Part shown: positions 41,043 through 54,205 of the stretch, piece after piece | Layout of the letters: each line of letters starts with the position of its first letter | Position numbering within the stretch: the stretch's first letter is position 1 | DNA from: Paraspadella gotoi | Taxonomy: Eukaryota; Animalia; Chaetognatha | Direction: 5' to 3' | NCBI GenBank assembly: GCA_051294375.1 | Contig: CM119266.1 | Span: 20,562,780-20,626,779, forward strand | Length of the DNA: 64,000 nt | Position numbers and translations under genes: made by a program | The notes under the pieces: generated by a model | What the model saw: only the letters and a program-made list of their open reading frames with translations | Database searches by the model: none | What the model was told of the DNA's origin: nothing

Positions 41043-42225
41043 GGTTGTGGGTGAGGTGAGGTTGCTGAAGGTAAGTAAGAAGCTGGAGGGAAGTTTGAAA
41101 TAAAAGCGAGAACGTCTGATTGCAAAATGTAACAGAAAAAGGAGCGATGAGATCAAATGTTTTTTTTTTTTGACAGTGCGGGAGGCTAGTGAAAAAGAAA
41201 GAAACTCTGAAGCTGTGAGTTATATTCACGACAAAAATTTAATTAAAATTGGATATTTACTTGTAATTTAAAGGAGATGCCATTAAACTAATTAAATATA
41301 TTTTCGGTAAAACAAAAAAAGATTTTCGTTAGTCAAGAAGATTCAAGTTTTCTTCCCTCCAATACTCAACAACTTCGGCTCCAGTACGAATTCCGCCCCC
41401 GAAGTCCAAAATAATTTATGCAATTTTTAGATTCGTGCGATTTGCAATTTGCGATTTGCGCGGAGCGCCGCGGGCGGCGCTGAAGCTGTCAACAACAAAA
41501 AACGGCGTCTTTATGTTGCGAACAAAAAACGAAGAAGACGCGAAAAGGAATTCGTTTACAGTTCGATTTTGACTCGCAACGCGGCGCTGTTGTTTTGGGT
41601 AAACAAAACAAAAAACAACAATTCTAATCTGATTTCAGGAAGATGAGCGGAAAGAATAACAAGAAATTTGATACATCAAAGGCAATCACCAAATGACAAG
41701 CAGCAAGCAAGCTTTTCGTACTACCTTAATGTAAATCTAAAGATATAGTGAAAGCAAATTATAAGGATAAGACTTAGCTTAAAAGTTTAACATTTATTTT
41801 AATTCAAAATCTCAAAAAATATGATGAATAAAAAGTGAAACAGAAAGTAAATGAGAACAATGCAAACATGGTAGTTAGCGAACCCATAATGAATTATTCT
41901 TTAAAAGATTATATTTCAATTTTGAAATTGTCATTTTATTCCATACTCCATAGTTCGTGTCGAACGGTTTTAAGATGTGTGTGCATTCAAAAGCCAAATG
42001 CACTTGAGTATTAAAGCGTCGGCGATGGATCCCTGGAGAGATTTTTACCTTTGGGGTAAGGATAATGATTTCATTCGACAATTAAAATTCAGGAGCTCAT
42101 TTCGACTAACTCGATTTTTATACGTATCATTGTTAATATTGCGATATGAAATAGAATATAAGAGAAAGAGGGTGAAAGACTGAAAGAAAGAAAGAGAGAG
42201 AGGAGAGAGAGAGGAGAGAAGAGAG

Positions 42226-42267
<42 letters not shown>

Positions 42268-42761
42268 ATATAGTCAAAGGCTAATGGGCATGGTTGAAGT
42301 TTTGAAAGATGTTAAGAGTCGTGGCAAAAAAGTGTTTTGAATATCAAAATTGATCTCTTTCGCGCTTGTTATCAGAAAAACATAGGAAATGATAGAAGCT
42401 TAAGCGAAGGAAAGAGGAAGAGAAGGAGACAGGAATGTAAGGAGCGAAAAGGGAAACAAGATCGGTTCATCCAATGTGTCGCGCCGCAGTAACTTTTTTT
42501 ACGTGTATATCTTGTTGATATGACCTGACAATGACATTGAAATGCCTACATGACAACAATAACTTTGCTTAGCCTGTGTATTTATGAGTATGACACACAC
42601 TGCATCGGAATTCCGTCTTTTATTTTTTATAGTTTTAGGATTTCCTTAAGACGGCGCTAGCAGTCACTTAAATTTGAAGATTTTTTCCTTTCTAACAATA
42701 TGAGCATTTAGCAACTAACTATAGGCGAGTCATGTAGCATTTTTACTTAAGCTCTGATAAA

Positions 42762-42841
42762 CCGTTCGGCCGACCTACACCGACCGATCGATCGACAGAC
42801 GACAGAAAAGTTGACTTAAAGGATCGCGGCCCAAGTAAAAA
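42762..42841. mobile_element. Possible degenerate Helentron/HINE-like end (GACC/GACA microsatellite + GTTGACTTAAAGGATCGCGG + A-run)
   Basis: Resembles, from memory, the microsatellite-GTGACTTATAGAGTCGCG-hairpin-A-run architecture of HINE/DINE-like elements. The hairpin is degenerate. Confidence 0.25.
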
Positions 42842-43123
42842 GGAGGAAAATAAAAAAAGGAGGAAAGTAAATTTAAAGTTTTAAAGTTTATTTAAAAATT
42901 TCTAGGTTAATAAAAGCACAAAAGAGTTTTTAAAAAGCAGCTTCCTTTATTTTCCATCCGTCGTCCAAAAAAACCTTCGTCGTCGTCTTCTTCGTCTTCG
43001 TCTTCGGCTTCATCAATCTGCGGTTAATCACGGTTGCGCTCATCAAGAGCCTCTTTTATCATCCCTTCCCAGACGTCGTCTTCGTCCTCGTCATAAACGT
43101 CGTCGTCGTCTTCGTCGTTAACT

Positions 43124-43158
<35 letters not shown>

Positions 43159-43485
43159 TCCTTTTCCGTCAAAGTCGGCGAAGCTGATAATCTTCATTCA
43201 ACTTTCAGATCAGAAAAGAGGAAATAAATAATCCGTGAAGTTTTTCCATCATCCCTCGCGAGAATCGGACGGCGGAATCGAAGATCGAAAAACACCGAGA
43301 AAAAATATAACTTTTCGCCGAAGAGTAAATCTTGCGAGTCTGTATCCTTGGCAACGCGACCTCTCACGGGAAATGATTCAGATGAATAGGTGCTTATTTA
43401 TCTGAACTAAAGATAAATACACTAAGCGTGGGTTCCGTCACAACGAGGCGCGAGATCGAGACGGAAAGTCGCCAACGAGGATCGG

Positions 43486-43530
<45 letters not shown>

Positions 43531-43754
43531 TAACCGCGACTCCGTCTCTCTCGATCTACCGTCGACCTTTGATTTCGCCCCGACGGTGATTCATCCACAG
43601 CTCTCCTAACCCACTTACCCGTTTAACCAAACCCACAGACCCACAGACCTTCACCCACTCTCCCCACCTTCACACCATCGCGACCCTCGCTCTTGTCAAC
43701 TCTTCCTCTCTTCCGCTCCGTTCCACCCGGCGACGGCGACGGCGACGACGACAC

Positions 43755-43785
<31 letters not shown>

Positions 43786-44135
43786 TTGCTGCCAACTGAA
43801 TCACAAAAAAGCCGATCTGTCAATTCTCCCTCACCTTTTTTTTTCGCTCTTCTCCTCTTTATTTATTTTCTTCTTTTTCTTTCTCTTTGTGTTTTGTTTC
43901 GTCGTTTTTCTCACCGCTAGAGTCCCTGGCGTCTCAAACTCTTTGTTATGGCGCGAAAAAGGGTCGCTTGCCCTTTTTTTTTTTAAGTCGCGACTGAATC
44001 CGCCGTTTGATGCCGTCGTCGCGACGCGTCGCTGCGATCGCTGCGTATTAAGTTCGATCTCGTACTCGTTTTTTTTTCCGTAATACGTAGCGGGCATTTC
44101 ACCACGAATATAATAGATGAGTAATTGAGTATTGT

Positions 44136-44360
44136 GACCCGGTGGCTCATTGAGTAAAGCCATCACCGTATCTCCACCAGGAATCGGGTTCATTCCCTAA
44201 CCCTTTGCCAAAGGCCAAAGGCTTTGGCTTCTCTTTAAGAAGCTTGAGGAAGTCGGTAAAACTTCCTCTTGCAACCATGGAACAGGTCTTGGGCATAGAA
44301 CCCTGTCTGAGGCTTTTCTACACCACATGACCGTCCCTATGTCTTAACTCACAACAAATA
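44136..44360 (+). mobile_element. Putative second tRNA-derived SINE (degenerate)
   Basis: A-box-like TGGCTCATTGAG (44143) and B-box-like GGTTCATTCC (44187) at tRNA spacing, followed by hairpins GCCAAAG..CTTTGGC and AGGAAGT..ACTTCCT. High complexity compared with the flanks. Confidence 0.4.
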
Positions 44361-45209
44361 CTAAGTTTGATCGTTGTTGTCGTCGCCCTCTTTTCACTCG
44401 CTTTCAATATTGACTATTTCGTCATCTTAATCTGTTTTCATCAGCTAAACAACGCACTAAAAAAAAGGGCGTTGATTGTATTCACTTCAACGAAAAGGAA
44501 AACAAACATCGTTGACGTCGTCGTCGTCGTCGTCGTCGCCGAATGTCTCATTCAGTAAGTCAAACATCACAGCCAACTTAATCCTCATTCTCAATGCACA
44601 TTTTCGACTTTATCTTTTTCCCCTTTTCCCTTCCCAGTTCCCACCCTTGTCGTGATCAAAACGAGAGCGATAAACTCACTATGCTGGTCCACCTCCCCGA
44701 CTCCCCACCTCCCCCTCGCTTATCGACTTGGCTTTTTTAACACTTTCGCGCGAAACTTGAATTTAAACCTGGAGATCGATGCTTCCGTTATTTGCCCACC
44801 TTTACCCAGAATCTTTAAAAAAAAGGTTCGGTCCAAATACAACTATTCTTGATCCAGTGGCCTCCGCTGTCCCGAGGCCTCCACTCTTCTCTTTCTCCCC
44901 AGAGGTCTCCCCCTTTTTTTTTCTTCTCTCATTTTTTTTTTTCATTTTAAAGATTCCCTTGAGAACTGATCCCAGCGAACGCCGCCCGACTCGCTCCCAC
45001 CATCGAGGGCTTTTACTCTCCACCCTCCGGCCCCCGCCTGCAGCCCTCGAGACTGCGATGCCGGTGGGAAATTCAGGACTTTCCATGGCCCCCCGCGCGA
45101 CGCGCACGCCGGCCCGCGATTTCTCGCGTTGTCAACGCCCCTCTTCGGCGATGGCGCGCGAATCGCAAAATTCAAGCGACGCCGAAGTCAAAGAGCGTTT
45201 TATGTCGCT

Positions 45210-45330
45210 CTCTCGCAACGCTGCTTTACAGCTGAACTTTTGCAAAGTTGCTCTACAGCTCAACTCTCGCAACGTTGCATTAAAGCTGAACTTTTGCAAA
45301 GTTGCCTTAGCGAAGCATCTTTGCAAAGTT
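45210..45330. repeat. 27-bp-period tandem repeat organised as a 54-bp dimer
   Basis: CTCTCGCAACG and CTTTTGCAAAGTTGC units alternate; AGCTGAACTTTTGCAAAGTTGC occurs twice. Confidence 0.8.
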
Positions 45331-46163
45331 CACTTAAAAGATAAATTATTATAGCGCGCCTTGATTTAAACAGGAATAAATTGATTTAAAAATCGATTAG
45401 AAGATGAAAAGATTAAGAAAATTCTCAATTCACCATGCGGTTGAATTCAAAGAAACTTTTTTTTGGAAAAGTTATTTTTATTCCGTTTATTTTAAATTAA
45501 ACATTTATAAAACTAAAGTATCATTATTATTTTAGACCTAAATAATATACAAACAGAACAGAACTTCACAGCAACTACAAGTACTACAGTCCCTGAGTTA
45601 ATTCCGATGAAAATTTAATCGATTGCCGCCTCGCGCCTTCGATCGCGTCGACATTGAATGGCAATTGCCAAGTCACTTTCCCGATACGTCACTTCCTTGC
45701 CACGTCATTTGATTGAAAGTTTGAAACGCCCTACTTTCTCCCCCCCTTCTCTCCCCTTTGCTCTTTGAAACGCCCTACTTCCCCCCCCATTCTCTCCCCT
45801 TTGCTTTTTCCCGGCCGAGTTTCAATGAGACCAAAACGTTGACTGCTGCATCACAAAAAGAAATCGAACTCACCCACGCCGCCTCCATCTCTCTCTTTCC
45901 TTACCTCCTCCAGATTCTCAATGCTCTTCCCTCACTTGACTCTAAATCATTACTCACCCGCTCACTCTCACTCTCTTCGATCGCCCGCCCGGCCTTCTCT
46001 TCTTTTAATCCCTCATCAACCTACATCGTCCCGGGCCGTTCTTCGTTCACACCGTATCGACTCAGCTCATCCTTTGCCACTTTCCTCCTTCACTCCCCAG
46101 TCACTCTTCATCATTCCCGGTCACCTTCTATCGATCCCCAGTCACTCTTCAATCACCCCCAGG

Positions 46164-46622
46164 CAGTGGCGTCTTAAGAAATGGCGGCCCCTTCACTAAA
46201 TTTTATTACTAGACCCAAGGGCCCCCCCCCCAAAGCTGCTCCCATCCCCTTATCATCTGTTAGACACAAACTCTCGTTGGACTTTGTCGCATCTATTTAT
46301 TTATTTATCTATTTAAAACAATTTAGCTAGAATAAGATTCGAGTCCTTTTAAAAATTGCACATTACGTTTGTACTTTAAGATTTCCTACTGGTACGAAAA
46401 TATTTGACTAAATTAAAATCTATCATTTCTCTTGCATTATTTAGATATATATTCTTTTGGGGCCCCTCGGCTTCGGAAGAGGCAGTCTACTCTACTCTAC
46501 TCTACACTCCGCTACCCCTACTCTACTACCCCCTGTCACCCTCTACCACTCCCTGTCACCCTCTATCATCCCCTGTCACCCTACGCCGCCTCCTCGTTAC
46601 CCTACTTGAGTCGACGTCACTG
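46164..46622. mobile_element. Degenerate hAT-like MITE candidate
   Basis: Termini CAGTGGCGTC and GACGTCACTG (9/10 inverted match) with internal GGCCCC/GGGGCCCC motifs. No 8-bp TSD is visible. Confidence 0.35.
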
Positions 46623-46699
46623 CGAAGCCGAAAAGCGAGAAAAAAGAAACTTGACGTTCGACACAAAAAGCGGACGACGATTGGGGATACCATCAAGTT

Positions 46700-46738
<39 letters not shown>

Positions 46739-47395
46739 ATCTTTCTTTCTCTCTTTCTTTCTTTCTTTCTTCCCTTCTTTCTTTCTTTCTTTCTTTCTAT
46801 CTTTTCTTTCTATCTATCTTTTCTTTCCGTCTCTTTCTGTCGTTGACTCGATTAAGGATACGATCAAGACTCGAAAAGTTTTTTTCTTTCTTTCTTTCTC
46901 TCTTTCTATCTTTCCCTTGCGTCTCTTTCTGTCGTTGTGTTTTCTTTTGAGTTGTTCGGCAATTTTTCCCTTTCTTTCTATCTCGCTTTTTTTCTTTTTC
47001 TTTCTTCTCTTTTTCTTTTTTTTCGATTATTTTTTTTCTCTTTCTATTCGTTTCTTTCCGTCTCTTTCGAGTTGTTTATCCTTATTTTGTTTCTTTTTTT
47101 TTCTTTCCTTTTTATTTATTTCTTTTTTTTATCTTTTATTCTTTTTTTTATTTTTTCTGTAAGCATTCACAGAATTTTTTCTTGACTTAAGAAACTCTTT
47201 CTCCGTTGAAAATGTTTTCCAGCTAAAATTAAATTCATGAACATTCATCCTCACAGCCAACTTTCTCCCCTTTCCTTTTTCCCTCTACGCTGACTCTCTC
47301 TCTCTCTCTCGTTTGTGTCTCAAAAGCATTTTAGAATATATATTTTTCGTTTGTATGTTACCGTTACTTACGAATTTATAAACTTTTAAGAGTAT

Positions 47396-47445
<50 letters not shown>

Positions 47446-49597
47446 CCTCTCACCACTAGTCATGATTCTCCTGATACTCTCTCTCTCTCTCACTCTCTCC
47501 CGCCACACAATGCAAATTTTTCACCTGACGTTTCTTTCGCCTCATAAGTTATGCAAGTCTTTAAAAGAAAACCTGCGTAATGGCGGCCGACAGAAAAAAA
47601 AATTTATTTGAATTCGTAAATAAAAGACTCACAAAAAAGCATCCTGTACGATTAACCGAGTTTTGCGCGTAATTAAACATTCTTTGTCGGTAGCAAATTA
47701 CAGGTTTATTTCGCGTGTTTTAGAAATGGAGGTTTTAACCAAAGTATTTTCTACATCAGGGCATCACATAAGGGCATCAAATTATAATGCTTTAAAATTT
47801 AATACTTGAGCACCTGATTTAAAAGTTGTATTCGTCCTGTTAAGTTTTAAAAGTGAAAAAAAAAACATAAGAAAGGATTTAAACCGAGAAACGTGAAAAA
47901 ATGAAAACTTTTGAAAATATTATGAGTAAAGATTAAAGAGAAAGAAAAACAAAAATAGTAAGTAAAAAATAAACATAGAAAATAAAAAAAGAGAGAAAGA
48001 ATAAAAAAATGGAAATACAGAAGAATAAAAAAAAAGGAAAGTAAAAATAGAGAAAAAGGAAAAAAGAAAGAAAGGAAGAAATTGAAAAAATAAACCAAAA
48101 GAAGTAAGTTTGGGAAGGAATGGCGATTTTCCCGAATGCCCAGAGAGCAATTTTCTTGAAGAAAAAATGGTTAGAAAAAGTCTGTAAACGTCATTGACCG
48201 GATAACCGGGTTCCGAGATCTGAGAATATGCTATATATATAGTGAGAGAAGAGAGAGAGAGAANNNNNNNNNNNNNNNNNNNNNNNNNNNNNNNNNNNNN
48301 NNNNNNNNNNNNNNNNNNNNNNNNNNNNNNNNNNNNNNNNNNNNNNNNNNNNNNNNNNNNNNNNNNNNNNNNNNNNNNNNNNNNNNNNNNNNNNNNNNNN
48401 NNNNNNNNNNNNNNNNNNNNNNNNNNNNNNNNNNNNNNNNNNNNNNNNNNNNNNNNNNNNNNNNNNNNNNNNNNNNNNNNNNNNNNNNNNNNNNNNNNNN
48501 NNNNNNNNNNNNNNNNNNNNNNNNNNNNNNNNNNNNNNNNNNNNNNNNNNNNNNNNNNNNNNNNNNNNNNNNNNNNNNNNNNNNNNNNNNNNNNNNNNNN
48601 NNNNNNNNNNNNNNNNNNNNNNNNNNNNNNNNNNNNNNNNNNNNNNNNNNNNNNNNNNNNNNNNNNNNNNNNNNNNNNNNNNNNNNNNNNNNNNNNNNNN
48701 NNNNNNNNNNNNNNNNNNNNNNNNNNNNNNNNNNNNNNNNNNNNNNNNNNNNNNNNNNNNNNNNNNNNNNNNNNNNNNNNNNNNNNNNNNNNNNNNNNNN
48801 NNNNNNNNNNNNNNNNNNNNNNNNNNTTTAAAGGGGGAAAAAAGATTTTTTTTTTTTTAATAGTCAGAGAAAACGATTTGAACTCGACAATGTGGAGATT
48901 AGAGGGAGCACTTATTGGTCGTCAATGGAGAGATTGATGATCTTAAATGGAGAGAGGCCCAATGTCGATGAAATTCGTATATTCGTATATTAATTAATTT
49001 ATCAATATCTTTCCATTTCTATTGATTACTTAGTAGGGTAATTTTATGTTTTTTTAAGGGATTTATAAAATCCTAAGATCTGCGACACTTCAATATATAT
49101 TAATTAGGCTGGCGGTCGTGATCAAGCGCCTTTTAGTCACCAACGCCCCCCCCCTTGATGAAATAAAACTGGATTCTCCTCCGAATGAAATATTAAACGA
49201 GGAACATTAAACTGTTTATATTCATGGTCTCCAAATCGACGGAGAAACGAGGNNNNNNNNNNNNNNNNNNNNNNNNNNNNNNNNNNNNNNNNNNNNNNNN
49301 NNNNNNNNNNNNNNNNNNNNNNNNNNNNNNNNNNNNNNNNNNNNNNNNNNNNNNNNNNNNNNNNNNNNNNNNNNNNNNNNNNNNNNNNNNNNNNNNNNNN
49401 NNNNNNNNNNNNNNNNNNNNNNNNNNNNNNNNNNNNNNNNNNNNNNNNNNAAATCGGCGCAACAATCTCAAATCCTCGCCGCGACTCTCGAGGGAGGAAG
49501 AGGCGAAGGGGAAGGAGTTGGAGCCGAATGGGAGAGAGGCCTAATTGTGAGGAGGAGTGGCAATTGGGTGGAGAGAGGGAGAGAGAGAGAGGGAGAA

Positions 49598-49637
<40 letters not shown>

Positions 49638-49726
49638 TCAGAGACAGACAAAGAGTTGGAGCCAAATGAGAGAGAGGCCTAATTGTGAGGAGGAGTGGCA
49701 ACTGGGTGAGAGAGGGGAGAAAGAGG

Positions 49727-49761
<35 letters not shown>

Positions 49762-50053
49762 ATACAATAGAGGGAGAGATCTAAGAGCGAGTTAGAAAGA
49801 AGAAAGAAAAAAAGGAAAGAAAGATGAGACTGAAAGTAAAGCGGAGACGAGTTGAATGACGATTCAGCCGAGGTGTCTAATTTATGGAAACGTGTAATCA
49901 AGAGAGGAGAAGATGAATGAACGGATGAGAACGAGAATGAGAGAGATGAGGATGAAAGAAAGAGCGAAAGAATAAAGAATGAGAATGAGATAGAATGAGG
50001 ATGAAAGAAAGAGCGAAAGAATAAAGAATGAGAATGAGAATAGAATGAGGATG

Positions 50054-50772
50054 TGATGCCAGGGCTTTGGTCTGTTTCAGATAAACATTCAAGATATACC
50101 TTTAAAATATAAGATAAGCAACAATGAAGGATCACCATTTGGTGATGGCTCGCCTATACCTGGATATTGGGATTAAAGAGCCGAATCCATGAAGGGTATA
50201 GGTTCCCAACTGATGACCTTTCCATTGTATAAAACATAAAAGATAAAAAATATTCAAAAAAGAAATAATTTAAAAATAGGATAAAGAAAAAATAAAATTT
50301 CATTAAAGTATTTTTAACATTAATTCATGACATAAAGGTGCCCTATAGACCTTTCCAGTATGTATCCCTATCAGAACATACAATTCTGCATGGTAGTCTT
50401 ATCCTATTGATAAAAAAATCATATATAACGTTGGTCCTCAAAAAATTATCCATTCCCACCCCTTTCTGTTCAGCCTCTTAGAATATTAGATTTTTTCATT
50501 AATGACTTTCTAACAGAAATGATGTGTGATATCTATTAGAAAAACTAGGACACAGATAGTAATCTAACCTGTGTTGTATAGGATGCTCCCTCTTTCCAGA
50601 AGACAACACTGACTTCCCCTTCCCAAATTGTATTATTAGATAAATAAAACATTTTTAAAAAAGAAAGCAATATATGTTGAATAAATAATATAGATTATAA
50701 TATATAATAAAAATATTAAAATATTAAAATAGAAAAATGAAAAATAGTGAAACAATAATTTGCAAAATCTTC
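50054..50772. mobile_element. 719-bp inserted element (family Y) with a 13-bp target-site duplication
   Basis: TAGAATGAGGATG at 50041-50053 and 50773-50785. The insertion is absent from the homologous region of the other copy (~53940-54050). Its right part matches 24942-25120, and it is CpG-poor relative to the window. Confidence 0.8.
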
Positions 50773-51763
50773 TAGAATGAGGATGAAAGACAAGAGCGAA
50801 AGAATAATGAATGAGAATAGAAAGAAATATAATGAAAGAAAGAGTGAAAAGAATAAAGAACTGAGAATGAGATAGAATGATAATGAAAGAAAGAGCAAAA
50901 AGAATAAAGAATGAGAATGAGAAAGAATGATAATGAAAGAAAGAGCAAAAGAATAAAGAATGAAGAATGAGATAGAATGAGGATGACGTCGAGCGAAATA
51001 ATAAAGATGAGATTTAAGAAGAACAACAAACAAAGTCGAAAAAAAAAATAGGAAAACAAAAAAAATTTAAAAATATCAGTGAAACTGTGAATGAAGAAGA
51101 AATGAAGGATCGAGGAGATGAGAATGAACTGAGTGGATCACGACATACGTATATATCAAGAGAGGAAGACGAATGACCATCAATTTTATAAAACAAAGAT
51201 GTGAACGAATATTATATTGGTAAAACCAATAATATAAAAAAAATATCCATTCATTTAATTAAATAAGCTATCTTGCCCCTGACTTTGGACAGGTTTTGGT
51301 GTTTAAGGCCTCCATCACTCTTACAATATACCGACATAGCAGGTCCCTGCAAGATTTCAATTAAAACTCTCTCACAGCCGTTTTATTCACTCTCAGAGTA
51401 ACTGGCTTCCCTATCTATGAAGTTGTAAGTTTCAAAGAATGTTTCAATTGTATAAAAGGACCAATCCTTGAGAGAGGTCGAGAACGAATGAAATGAGGAT
51501 GAAGACGAATAAGAGAGGATGAGGACGAGCGAAAAGAGATCGAGAGAAAGAGAGAGAGAGAGGCGGTCGTGATGCAAGCGCCTTTTAGTCACCACGCCCC
51601 CCCCCCCCTTGATGAATAAAACTTGAATTCTCCTCCGATGAAATATAAACGAGGAACATTAAACTGTTATATTCAGGTCCCAATCGACGGAGACAACAGG
51701 AGGGGGGGAGAGATTCTACTAAATTTCTATTCCCGTCGCGTCCCCTGGATCAGAAGCCGAGTC

Positions 51764-51975
51764 GGACCGACCGACCGACCGAGACCGAACGGCGACCGAC
51801 CGACCGACCGACCGACCGACCGACGACCGACCGACCGACCGACCGATCCGACCCGAGACCGACCGACCGACCGACCGACGCGACCGACCGACCGACCGCC
51901 GACCGACGCGACCGACCGACCCGACCGAGCCGACCGACCGACCGAACCGACCGACCGACCGACCGACCGACCGAA
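51764..51975. repeat. (GACC)n tetranucleotide microsatellite
   Basis: Read directly; corresponds to the N gap 49253-49450 in the other copy. Confidence 0.95.
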
Positions 51976-52054
51976 CAGGACGACTGCTAAATCGGCGCAA
52001 CAATCTCAAATCCTCGCCGCGACTCTCGAGGGAGGAAGAGGGCGAAGGGGAAGG

Positions 52055-53565
52055 AGTTGGAGCCGAATGGGAGTGAGCCTAATTTGTGAGGAGGAGTGGG
52101 CACTGGGTGGAGAGAAGGGAGATGAGAGAGGAGAATGAGGGAGAGAGAGAGAAGAGAGAGAGAGAGAAATGTCAGAGACAGACAAAGAGTGAGCCAAATG
52201 AGAGAGAGGCCTTAATGTGAAGAGGAGTGCCAACTGGTGGAGAGAAGGAGAGAAGAGAGGAGAAAGGAGGAGAGAGAGAAGGAGTCAGAGACAGACAAGA
52301 GTTGGGAGCCATCATGAGGGAGCGACCTTTATGAATAGTGTTGAGTGATTCGCCACGGTGTTCAACTGTGGATGAAGAGAATGATGAACGAGAGAGAAGT
52401 CGGAGGAAAGAGAATAGAGAGAGAGTAATTTCAGAGTACAGACTCTAGATTGAGTTGGAGCCTGAACTGGAGAGCCGTATAGTGCCTAATGTGAGGATGG
52501 AGTGGCATCTGGGAAGTGGTATGAGAGGAGAGGGAGAAAGAGAAATGGAGAGACGGGAGGAAGCGAACGACGAATAGAGTGAGAGCAAGAGTCGGAGACG
52601 AAAAGAGTTGCCATGAAGAACTGATGTGAGGAGGAGTGGCAACTGGGTGGAGAGAGGAGAGGAGACAGAGAGGTGAAAGAGGGAGAGAGAGACGGAGAAG
52701 AGAGAGAGAGAGAGAGAAGACAAAGTCAGAGACAGACAAAGAGTTGAGCGAATGGGAGGAAGAGGCCTAATTGTGAGTGGAGGAGTGGCAACTGTGTGTG
52801 GAGAGGAGGGAGAGAGAGAGAGAGATGAAGGAGAGAAGAGAGAGAGAGAAGAGAGAGATCAGAGACAGCACAAGAGAGTTGTGAGGCCGAATGGGAACGT
52901 AGGTCCTAATGTGGAGTAGATGGCAAGCTGGTAGGTAGAGAGGAGAGAAGAGAAGAAGAGGAGAGAGAGAGGAGAGAGAGAGAGTAAAGTCCAGAGACAG
53001 ACCAAAAGAGTTTGGAGCCAAATGGGAGAGATGGCTAATTGTTGAGGAGGAGTGGCTAACTGGGTGTGGAGAAAGGAAAGATGAGAAGAGTAGGGAGAGA
53101 GAGAGGAGAAGAGAGAGAGATCAGAGACGAGACAAATGATAGTTGGAGCCAATAGTGAAGATGAGAGAGGCACGTAATTGTGAGGAAGGAGTTGGCACTG
53201 GTGGAGAGAAGTGGAGAGAGAGAGGAGGAGATGAGGAAGAGAGGAGAGAGAGAGAGAGAGAGCAGAGACAGACAGAAGAGTTGGAGTCCAATATGAGAGA
53301 GAGGCCTAATTGTGAGGAGGAGTGGCAACTGGGTGGAGAGAAGGAGAGAGAGAGAGGGAAAAGAGGAAGAGAGAGAACAGAGACAGACAGAATTGGACCG
53401 AATGGGAGAGAGGTCTAATGTGAGGAGGAGTGGCCACTGAGTGGAGAAGGGAGAGGGAGAGACGAGAGGGAGAGAGAGAGAGAGAGAGAGTCAGAGACAG
53501 ACAAAGAGTTGGAGCCAAATGGGAGAGAGGTTAATTGTGAAGAGGAGTGGCAACTGGGTGGAGAG
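52055..53565. repeat. Array of about 12 conserved ~75-bp units separated by variable (GA)n spacers (period ~120-150 bp); 2 units at 49515-49710
   Basis: Unit consensus GTCAGAGACAGACAAAGAGTTGGAGCCAAATGGGAGAGAGGCCTAATTGTGAGGAGGAGTGGCAACTGGGTGG; the cleanest copies are at 49636, 53262 and 53490. Confidence 0.9.
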
Positions 53566-53579
53566 GGAGAAGAGAAGAG

Positions 53580-53625
<46 letters not shown>

Positions 53626-53799
53626 ACAGAGAGAAAGATACAATAGAGGAGAGATCTAAGAGCGAGTTAGAAAGAAGAAAGAAAAAAAGGAAAGAAAGAT
53701 AGAGACTGAAAGTAAGAGAGAGACGAGTTGAGATGACGATTCAGCCGAGGTGTCCTAATTTATGGAAACGTGTAATCAAGAGGAGAAGATAATGACGGA

Positions 53800-54205
53800 T
53801 GAGAACGAGAATGAGAGAGATGAGATGAAAAAAGAGCGAAGAATAAGAATGAGATGAGATAGAATGAGGAGAAAAGAAGAGCGAAAGAACTAAAGAAATG
53901 AGAATGAGAATAGAATTAGGATGACAGAAAGAGCGAAAGAATAAAGAATGAGAATGAGATAGAATGAGGATGAAAGAAAGAGCGAAAGAATAAAGAATGA
54001 GAATGAGATAGAATGAGGATGAAAGAAAGAGCGAAAGAATAATGAATGAGAATGAAAGATGATAAGAAGAAAGAGTGAAAGAATAAGAATGAGAATGAGA
54101 TAGAATGATAAGAAAGAAGAGCAAAAGATAAAGAATGAGAATGAGAAGAATGATAATGAAGAAAGAGCAAAGAATAAAGAATGAAGAATGAGATAGAATG
54201 AGGAT
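53800..54205. repeat. ~49-bp purine-rich tandem repeat (GAGAATGAGATAGAATGAGGATGAAAGAAAGAGCGAAAGAATAAAGAAT); also at 49930-50053 and 50773-50985
   Basis: Unit read directly in multiple tandem copies. Confidence 0.88.

Noticed and set aside
44085-44580. miR-124-like (GGCATTTCACC) and miR-2-like (ATCACAGCCA) partial matches
   Set aside because: Only 9-11-nt matches, with no full mature sequence or precursor hairpin.
39961-50235. Hammerhead ribozyme at CTGATGA/TGAAGAG motifs (39964, 40164, 50210)
   Set aside because: No stem II followed by GAAA and no matching stems I/III could be built by eye.
52055-53565. CRISPR array
   Set aside because: Eukaryotic context, a ~75-bp non-palindromic unit, GA-microsatellite spacers and no cas genes.
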